Both the position numbers and the translations under genes were made by a program. From Squalus acanthias (taxonomy: Eukaryota), in NCBI GenBank assembly GCA_030390025.1, contig CM059432.1, positions 145,080,001 through 145,144,000 on the forward strand: 64,000 nt of DNA, in the 5' to 3' direction. This document shows, one piece after another, positions 22,410-32,058 of the stretch (position 1 is its first letter; the number at the start of each line of letters is the position of its first letter). Under the pieces are notes generated by a model. The model saw nothing but the letters and a program-made list of their open reading frames with translations. It had not been told where the DNA came from and made no database searches.

Positions 22410-23221
22410 TGTTAGATTCGAATTTGGAGAAACTCTAGACGGAGACGGAATTGAGGACAAGTTCAGAATTTATTAAAATAAACAAAAGACTTGTGCACAA
22501 GGGAGAGCCACTCAGCTTCCTCAAGCTAGGGGCGCACTCTCTGAGGAACAAGTAATGGTTCATTCAAGTTATACATTTCTATAAGCACCGCCCACTTACT
22601 ACAGAATGGGGCGTACACGTACAAACAGTGTCACTACAGTTACTCTCTATTGGTTATATGGTTAGTCACTCAACTGTCGGGCCCTCCCCTTGAACCCTGA
22701 CCATGCCAGTCACAGATGTTGGTTGCCTCATCCTACTCCCCAAATTCTTGCTGTTATCTCTTCCTTTGCGGGCATAGTTTATAGTTTGAGAAAACATATT
22801 TTATCCCTGGCTGTCGGACAGAGCGGGGTGGCTCAAGGCCGTAATGGCTTGGATGCTCAGTGACTGGAACCGTGTTGGTCATTAATTGCTCCCTTATCTC
22901 TTGGGCGACCAGGTTCGAATAGTAGATGTACCCACCGTTCCTGGAACTGTGTTGGTTGTTAATTGCTCCCTTATCTCTTGGGAGGCCAGGCTGTGCTTTG
23001 ACAATGGCTCTACTGAGGTTGTGAATACATATATCCCAAGGTTTGATAAGGGGAGGGAGGCACTTTCCAGTCTACAAATATGCCTTAATTAGCTAAACCT
23101 ACTATCCGAAATAAGTAGAGGGTAATGTAGTCAAGTATCCCAGCATTCTTTGGGAACAAGCAGGATCCTTCAGTAGTAGTCAAGTATCCCAGAGTTCTTT
23201 GGGAACAAGCTGGATCCTTCA
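22410..23221 (-). mobile_element. Solo LTR (812 bp), unit-1 specific
   Basis: TG...CA ends, perfect 4-bp TSD ATAG, minus-strand AATAAA at 22469-22474, internal 49-bp tandem repeat; empty site in other units. Confidence 0.85.
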
Positions 23222-25652
23222 ATAGTAACAGACTTCAGGAGGACAGAGACAGACTGGTGAAACGGGCAGACACAAGGCAGATGAAATTTAATGCAGAGAA
23301 ATGTGAAGTGATTCATTTTGGTAGGAAGAATGAGGAGAGGCAATATGAACTAAATGGTACAATTTTAAAGAGGGGTAACAGAGAGACCTGGGAGTGTATG
23401 TACACATGTCTTTAAAGGTGGCAGGACAAGTTGAGAAGGCTGTTAAAAAAGCATATGGGATCCTTGATGTTATAAATAGAGGCATAGAGTACAACAGAAA
23501 GGATGTTATGCTAAACTTTTATAAAACACAGCACAGGCCCCAAATTATTGTGACCAATTCTGGGCACCACACTTTAAGAAGGATGTCAAGGCCTTAAAGA
23601 AGGTGCAAAGGAGATTTACTAGAACAGTAATAGGGATGAGGGACTTCAGTTACGTGGAGAGACTGGAGAAGCTGGGCTGTTCTCCTTCGAGCAGAGAAGG
23701 TTAAGGGGAGATTTAATAGAGATGTTCAAAATTATGAAGGGTTTTGATAAAATAAGAAGGAATAGTTTCCAGTGGCAGAAGGGTCCGTAACCAAAGGCCA
23801 CAGATTTAAGGTAATTGGCAAAAGAACCATGAGGGAAAAAAATTACACAGCATGTTGTTGTGATCTGGAATGCAATGCCTGTAAGGGTGGTGGAAGCAGA
23901 TTCAATAATTTTCAAAATTGAATTGGATAAATACTTGAAGGGGAAAAATCTACAGTGCTATGGGGAAAGAGCAGGGGAGTAGGACTAATTGGATAGCTCT
24001 TGCAAAGAGCTGGCACAGGCACGATGGGCCAAATGGCATATAATGGCTGTAAGATTCTATGATGCATCAACAATTGGAATAGATGTACCATGCATATCAC
24101 AGTCTCTCCTCTTGAGCTTTGCAGAGCCACAGTAACACACAGGGGGCACTCACCACAACCCCCACTAGTTGGACTATTTTCAAGACAGTGAGTAGCTCTG
24201 GATCCCCAGGTGAATCTGTAAGCAACACATTACTGGGAACAAAAATAAACTTTCATTTGGAAAGGCATGGGTTAAATCAAGGAGAGCCAGCATGGATTTG
24301 TTAAAGGTAAATCGTGTCTGACTAACTTGATTGAACTCTTTGATGAGGTAACAGAGACGGTTGATCAAGGTAGTGCTGTTGTGTATCTGGACTTTTGGAA
24401 AGCATTCCCTTTTGTTCACTCCTGGTGCAGAGACTCACCAGTTGGGAGCTCATATCTAGAAATCCTGTCTGGGCTGCCCATGGTTTTCCATCTATCAAAG
24501 TGAATGGGAATGCAAACAGGAAGTTACCTTCAAGGGTTTAGAAAGTGTCACGTGTCCAAATACCGATCAAAAACAACAACTTGCATTGATATTGCTCCTT
24601 GAGCAGGGAAACACGTCCCAAGTTCTTACAGGAGCGTTATTATACACCTACCAGTCTTAATCAATTAGACAACATCATTGCCCATTGGTGTGGGATCTTG
24701 GCTTAGTTGGCTTCTCCCTCCCCAATTCACAAGGACAGCTCTTCCCTTAACCACCTCTCCCCATCCACAAGGGCTCTCTGTCCCCTTAACCGCCAACTCC
24801 CCCAACTGTTCAGAGCACGCACTCGCCTTGAGCACGATCCTTGGTGGCGGGTGCTCGCCATAGTTCAGCGAGGTCTATCTGGTCACTTGATGCAGCGTTT
24901 CATGCCCGGAGCAGCGGGATCTCAGAGCGGGGAGGAGGCCGCGGCGATGGAGCAGCATAGAGCGGGAGCGGCAACTTTCAGCGGGCAGCTTCTTAACGCG
25001 GAAACCCACACACACTGTGCCCAAGAACATGGATTGGGAGCTCGGGCAGGAGTTACCGACCCGAACAGACCCTGCTCAGCTTAGCAGGAGCCCACACACA
25101 CACAGAGCTTTTACACTGGGGCGCTGTGGAGGAGGGAAAGGTTCGGTGGGAAAGTAAAAATCACAACAAAAATACCTTTAATTCAGATAAATGCGGGTTC
25201 AGAGCATCTACTTCCTTGTCAAATGTAAATTCAAATATGTCAGGGATCTAACACTGGGGAGAGTGAAACAAATTCAGTGTGAAGTTTGATCCAGTCTTGG
25301 GAGAAAGGTTTTCCTCCTCGCCCCTGTCTGACTGCACACATCTCCCAGCTGCTGCAACCAAACAGGATAACTCGGCGCAATTCGTTTGTGATTTTAAAAG
25401 TGAGCAATCCTAAATTGAATTTTGAATTCACAATTTCCGCGAGTGTGAAAGCAATGTGCGAGGTGACTATCGCACAGAGAGTAACTGACGGTCTCACATT
25501 TTATAATGTGGGAGGGGGGACTGTAAACTGGGCGGGTTTTATGCCGACAGGAAATTCGCAGCCTCGGCCTGATAGGGGAGGGGGACTCGGGTCCTTCACA
25601 TTGTTATCAGTGGGGACTAACCGAGTAACGAGGGAGGCTTGGTCACTGCACG

Positions 25653-26075
25653 ATGTTCTGGGTGATTGTGGCGTTATTTTTACCCTGTACGTGTTTCTAT
25701 TTTTTAAAATGTTATTTATGTCCATTCATTGTGCAGCAAATGTTCAGCATTTTCAAATCAGGTCATTTTGTGCATTTTTTCCAGGTGGGTGTTTTGCTCA
25801 GACTTTGACACAGACTCCAATATCGATTACAAAGGAGGCCACTAAAAGTGCCAGATTTCAGTGTGCGATCAGCGGAGGGAGCAACAGAATCCACTGGTAC
25901 CAGCAAAGGCCGGGTCAGGCGCCCGCCAGAATACTCTATTATGATAGCAGCGCCATTCGGGATCCGGAATTCAGCTCCCGGTTCAAAGCAGATAAGAAAG
26001 GCGATGTGTGCACTTTAATAATTAATGACATCGCGAAGAATGACACTGCCACTTATTACTGTGCCTATTGGGACA
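25653..26075 (+). CDS. TRGV: Intact TCR V segment V3: leader 25653-25686, V exon 25785-26075
   Basis: MFWVIVALFLP+GTACGT donor, TTCCAG acceptor; CGCFA|QTLTQ...FQC...IHWYQQ...TATYYCAYWD. Confidence 0.93.
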
Positions 26076-26114
26076 CACAGTGCTCAACAGAGGCAGAAAC
26101 CCTTGACAAAAACC
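26076..26114 (+). other. Canonical 23-RSS (V3)
   Basis: CACAGTG + 23 nt + ACAAAAACC. Confidence 0.95.
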
Positions 26115-29100
26115 CGGCGCGTTGCTTCGCTCCTCTTTCACTTACCACAGAAAAAAAAACTAGAACCAAATAGCGCCTTTAACGTAGTAAAACGTCCCAA
26201 GGCGCTTCACAGGAGCGATCATCAAACAACATTTGACAGCGAGCCAGACTTTAATCAAACTTTTATGTTTCAAATGTACAACAGAAATTCTGGCAGAGTT
26301 TCATATTTGTCCAGGGCTCAAAGGGTTAACATATGAGGATAAGTTGCATAAAAGTTGGCTTGTATTCCCCCTGAGTTACGAAGGTTGAGAGGCGACCTAC
26401 TTTAACCGAGATATTTAACATGATTAAGGGATTGGATAGATAACAGGGAAACTATTTCCTCTGGTGGGAGAGTCCAGAACCTTTAAAATTAGAGCCAGGC
26501 CGTTCAGGGGGTGATGTCAGGAAGCACTTCTTCACACAAAGGGTCGGGGAAATCTGGAACTCTCTCCCTCAAAAGGCCGTGGCTGCTGGGGGACAATTGG
26601 AGCTTTCAAGGCTGAGATTGATAGATTTCTGTTGGGTAAGGGTATCAAGGGATATGGAGCAAAGGAGAGTAATCAGATTGAACGGCTGAACAGGCTCGAG
26701 GGGCTGAATGGCCTCCTCCTGTTCCTACGATACACAATCAGGATAGACATAGTAGACATACAACCCATAACAGATGAGAAGGGTTTACCGGCCCCGGAAT
26801 GGATGGACAAGGGTTGAGGCAGAGCGGTGGTCTTGGATCCCTGCAACCTGCGGCAGTGGTCTCTTCCTCTTTGGTCATCTCCCAAGGCTGGTGGGGGTGT
26901 TAAGCTAAAGCTAGCATGAATCCACTCTGGGGAAGCACTTCCCCTCCCCAACCCCCGAGGAAGACCTTCCCCTCTCTGCAACGCCCCCCGCCCTCCGCGG
27001 CTGGGAAGCTCTTTCCCTCTCTGCCTATTTTTCCCTTTCAGCTGCCCGTTTATATACCTTATTTTGGGGGGTCAGTGGATACCTCACGTCAATCATTTGT
27101 TACCCATTCAATTGTCCAATTACAGGGGAATAAGTACCTATGGCAGATCCCTCCCAGACTCATGAGGTCATTCCTCTGCTTATCTCCTGTTTGGACATCT
27201 TGCACTTTCTCCTAGACAGTTTGTTTATCATAAGGATCCTTACTCGACCGCTTATCAGGCCTAGCTATGGCTGCATGGAGGCCTGTTTCTGCGTTCTGCC
27301 CTTGTAAACGACCTCAGTTCTTTGTGCAACTCCTTATCTGATATGATTGGTTCCTTCTGTGTCATCAGCTGAGCTAGGCAAAACCATTTCTTTTATAAAA
27401 CCATTATTTCTTTTACAATTCATAATTTCTTGCCATTCACGATTTCTTACAACACTAATCCAGGTCAAAATTAATTGACACTGGAAATATATGGGCGAAT
27501 AAATGAGAATCCCAGCACGATTTGTTAAAGGCAAATTGTGTGTAACTAACTTGATTGAGTTCCTTCATGAAGTAACATAGAGGGTTGACCAGGGTAGTGC
27601 GGTTGATGTTGTATATATGGGCTTTCAAAAGGCGTTTGATAAAGTACCATATAATAGATTTGTTAGCAAAATTGAAGCCCATGGGATTAAAGGGATAGTG
27701 ACTGCATGGATAAGAAATTGGCTAAGGGACAGAAAGCAGTGGTGAATGAAAACAAAAAATGGTGGAAATACTCAGCAGGTCAGGCAGCATCTGTGGAGAG
27801 AGAAACAGAGTTAACATTTCAGTTCAATGACCAATTTTCAATCCATGCCAGTATATTACCCCCAATCCCATGTGCTTTAACTTTGCACACTAACCTCTTA
27901 TGTGGGACTTTATCAAAGGCCTTTTGAAAATCCAAATACACCACATCCACTGGTTCTCCCTTATCTATTGTACCAGTTACATCCTCAAAAAACTCCAGTA
28001 GGTTTGTCAAACACAATTTCCCTTTCATAAATCCATGTTGAATTTGTCTAATCCCGTTGATATTTTCTAAGTGTCCTGTTATCACATCCTTTACAATAGA
28101 GTCTAGCATTTTCCCTACTATGATGTTAGGCTAACCGGTCTGTAGTTCCCTGTTTTCTCTCTCCCTCCTTTTTTAAATAGTGAGGTTACATTTGCCACCC
28201 TCCAATCTGCAGGAACTGTTCCATAATCTATAGAATTTTGGAAGATGACAACCAATGCATCCACTATTTCCATGGCTACCTCTTTTAGTACTCTGGGATG
28301 CAGATTATCAGTGCCTAGGGATTTATCGGCTTTCAGTCCCATTAATTTCTCCAGCACTATTTTTTTACTAATACTAATTTCCTTTAATTCCTCCTTCTCA
28401 CTGGACCCTTGGTTCCTTAGCATTTCTGGAAAGTTATTTGTGTCCTCTTCCGTGAAGACAGAACCAAAGTATTTGTTTAATTGCTCAGCCATTTCCTTGT
28501 TCCCCATTATAAATTCTCCCGTTTCTGACTGTAAGGGACCTACATTTGTCTTCAGTAATGTTTTTCTTTTTACCTACTTGTAGAAGCTTTTACAGTCCGC
28601 TTTTATGTTCTTTGCAAGTTGACTCTCATACCCGATTTCCCCCCTCTTAATCAATCCCTTGGTCCTTTATTGCTTAACTCTAAACTGCTCCCAATCCTCA
28701 GGCTTGCTACTTTTCTGGTAACTTGATATGACTCCTCTTTGGATCTAATTCTATCCTTAATTTATTTTGTTAGCCATGGTTGGCCAATTTTCCTTTTGTG
28801 TTTTTGCGCCAGAAAGGAATGTATAACTGTTGCAATTCATGCATTCATTCCTTAAATGTTAGCCATTGTCTATCCACCATCATGCCTTTTATTGAAGCTC
28901 CACAATCTATCATAGCCAACTCCCTCCTCATACCTTCGTAGTTTCCTTTGTTTAGATTTAGGACCCTAGTTTCGGATTGGATTACATCACTTTCCATCTT
29001 AATGAAGGTGTTCTCCAGGGGACCACTGCTCTTTCTGAGATATATTAATGACCTGGATCGTGCCATAATTTCAAAGTTTTCAGATGACAAAAAACTCAGA

Positions 29101-31595
29101 AATGTAGTAAACAGTGAGGAGGATAGTAACAGACTTCAGGAGGACATAGACAGACTGGTGAAACGGGCAGACACAAGGCAGATGAAATTTAATGCAGATA
29201 AGTGTGAAGTGATTCATTTTGGTAGGAAGAATCAGGAGAGGCAATATGAACTAAATGGTACAATTTTAAAGGGGGGGGGGAACAGAGAGACCTGGGAATG
29301 TATGTACACATGTCTTTGAAGGTGGCAGGACAAGTTGAGAAGGCTGTTAAAAAAGCATATGGGATCCTTGATGTTATAAATAGAGGCATAGAGTACAACA
29401 GAAAGGATGTTATGCTAAACTTTTATAAAACACAGCATAGGCCCCAAATTATTGTGGCCGATTCTGGGCACCACACTTTAAGAAGGATGTCAAGGCCTTA
29501 AAGAAGGTGCAAAGGAGATTTACTAGAACAGTAATAGGGATGAGGGACTTCAGTTACGTGGAGAGACTGGAGAAGCTGGGCTGTTCTCCTTTGAGCAGAG
29601 AAGGTTAAGGGGAGATTTAATAGAGATGTTCAAAATCATGAAGGGTTTTGATAAAATAAGAAGGAATAGTTTCCAGTGGCAGAAGGGTCCGTAACCAAAG
29701 GACACAGATTTAAGGTAATTGGCAAAAGAACCATGAGGGAAAAAAATTACACAGCATGTTGTTGTGATCTGGAATGCAATGCCTGTAAGGGTGGTGGAAG
29801 CAGATTCAATAATTTTCAAAATTGAATTGGATAAATACTTGAAGGGGAAAAATCTACAGTGCTATGGGGAAAGAGCAGGGGAGTAGGACTAATTGGATAG
29901 CTCTTTCAAAGAGCTGGCACAGGCACGATGGGCCAAATGGCATATATCTGTGCTGTAAGATTCTATGATGCATCAACAATTGGAATAGATGTACCATGCA
30001 TATCACAGTCTCTCCTCTTGAGGTTGCAGAGCCACAGTAACACACAGGGGGCACTCACCACAACCCCCACTAGTTGGATTATTTTCAAGACAGTGAGTAG
30101 CTCTGGATCCCCAGGTGAATCTGCAAGCAACACATTACTGGGAACAAAAATAAACTTTCATTTCAAAAGGCATGGGTTAATCAAGGAGAGCCAGCATGGA
30201 TTTGTTAAAGGTAAATCGTGTCTGACTAACTTGATTGAATTCTTTGATGAGGTAACAGAGACGGTTGATCAAGGTAGTGCAGTTGTGTATCTGGACTTTT
30301 GGAAAGCATTCCCTTTTGTTCACTCCTGGTGCAGAGACTCACCAGTTGGGAGCTCATATCTAGAAATCCTGTCTGGGCTGCCCATGGTTTTCCATCTATC
30401 AAAGTGAATGGGAATGCAAACAGGAAGTTACCTTCAAGTGTTTAGAAAGTGTCACGTGTCCAAATACCGATCAAAAACAACAACTTGCATTGATATTGCT
30501 CCTTGAGCAGGAAAACACGTCCCAAGTTGCTTACAGGAGCGTTATTATACACCTACCAGTCTTAATCAATTAGACAACATCATTGTCCATTGGTGTGGGA
30601 TCTTGGCTTAGTTGGCTTCTCCCTCCCCAATTCACAAGGACAGCTCTTCCCTTAACCACCTCTCCCCATCCACAAGGGCTCTCTCTCCCCTTAACCGCCA
30701 ACTCACCCCAACATAACAACAGAAAACGCTGGAAAACTCACCCCAACTGTTCAGAGCACGCACTCGCCTTGAGCACGATCCTTGGTGGCGGGTGCTCGCC
30801 ATAGTTCAGCGAGGTCTATCTGGTCACTTGCTGCAGCGTTTCATGCCCGGAGCAGCGGGATCTCAGAGCGGGGAGGAGGCCGCGGCGATGGAGCAGCATA
30901 GAGCGGGAGCGGCAACTTTCAGCGGGCAGCTTCTTAACGCGGAAACCCACACACACCGTGCCCAAGAACATGGAATGGGAGCTCGGGCAGGAGTTACCGA
31001 CCCGAACAGACCCTGCGCAGCTTAGCAGGAGCCCACACACACACACAGAGCTTTTACACTGGGGCGCTGTGGAGGAGGGAAGGGTTCGGTGGGAAAGTAA
31101 AAATCACAACAAAAATACCTTTAATTCAGATAAATGCGGGTTCAGAGCATCTACTTCCTTATCAAATGTAAATTCAAATATGTCAGGGATCTAACACTGG
31201 GGAGAGTGAAACAAATTCACTGTGAAGTTTGATCCAGTCTTGGGAGAAAGGTTTTCCTCCTCGCCCCTGTCTGACTGCACACATCTCCCAGCTGCTGCAA
31301 CCAAACAGAATAACTCGGCGCAATTAGTTTCTGATTTTAAAAGTGAGCAATCCTAAATTGAATTTTGAATGCACAATTTCCGCGAGTGTGAATGCAATGT
31401 GCGAGGTGACCATCGCACAGAGAGTAACTGACGGTCTCACATTTTATAATGTGGGAGGGGGGACTGTAAACTGGGCGGGTTTTATGCCGACAGGAAATTC
31501 GCAGCCTCGGCCTGATAGGGGAGGGGGACTCGGGTCCTTCACATTGTTATCAGTGGGGACTAACCGAGTAACGAGGGAGGCTTGGTCACTGCAGG

Positions 31596-32019
31596 ATGTT
31601 CTGGGTGATTGTGGCGTTATTTTTACCCTGTACGTGTTTCTATTTTTTAAAATGTTATTTATGTCCATTCATTGTGCAGCAAATGTTCAGCATTTTCAAA
31701 TCAGGTCATTTTGTGCATTTTTTCCCAGGTGGATGTTTTGCTCAGACTTTGACACAGACTCCAATATCGATTACAAAGGAGGCCACTAAAAGTGCCAGAT
31801 TTCAGTGTGCGATCAGCGGAGGGAGCAACATAATCCACTGGTACCAGCAAAGGCCGGGTCAGGCGCCCGCCAGAATACTCTATTATGATAGCAGCGCCAT
31901 TCGGGATCCGGAATTCAGCTCCCGGTTCAAAGCAGATAAGAAAGGCGATGTGTGCACTTTAATAATTAATGACATCGCGAAGAATGACACTGCCACTTAT
32001 TACTGTGCCTATTGGGACA
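31596..32019 (+). CDS. TRGV: Intact TCR V segment V4: leader 31596-31629, V exon 31729-32019
   Basis: As V3; CDR1 GGSNI. Confidence 0.93.
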
Positions 32020-32058
32020 CACAGTGCTCAACAGAGGCAGAAACCCTTGACAAAAACC
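32020..32058 (+). other. Canonical 23-RSS (V4)
   Basis: CACAGTG + 23 nt + ACAAAAACC. Confidence 0.95.

Larger units (their letters stand above)
13350..24060 (+). mobile_element. Host CR1 LINE (copy A), split by nested insertions; pieces at 13350-13536, 14361-14800, 22290-22409, 23222-24060
   Basis: RT-region sequence continues across each insertion (e.g. GTGTGCAGTGGT|...|GGTGTTCTCCAGGGG; GGAGGATAG|...|ATAGTAACAGAC). Confidence 0.8.
13629..26731 (+). repeat. Tandem V-duplication unit 1 (enlarged by Gypsy, solo LTR and MITE insertions)
   Basis: Same order as the later units: LTR part, CR1-A, PLE, CR1-B, CR1-A, promoter, V, RSS, CR1 3' end. Confidence 0.85.

Noticed and set aside
24707-25084. 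GC-rich 125-188 aa ORFs upstream of each V
   Set aside because: Starts and frames differ between units; no recognisable domain
26006-26014. Extra Cys in strand E (VCTL; VCNL in V1)
   Set aside because: Recalled as common in non-mammalian TRGV; not evidently novel
26055-26063. TACTGTG cryptic heptamer at the YYC codons
   Set aside because: Generic consequence of Tyr-Cys codons in most V genes
25286-26173. 295-aa (and 257-aa) ORFs spanning the V genes, as novel long proteins
   Set aside because: Chance read-through of promoter, intron and RSS; the real structure is a spliced leader plus V exon, and the long ORF is broken in V4 and V8
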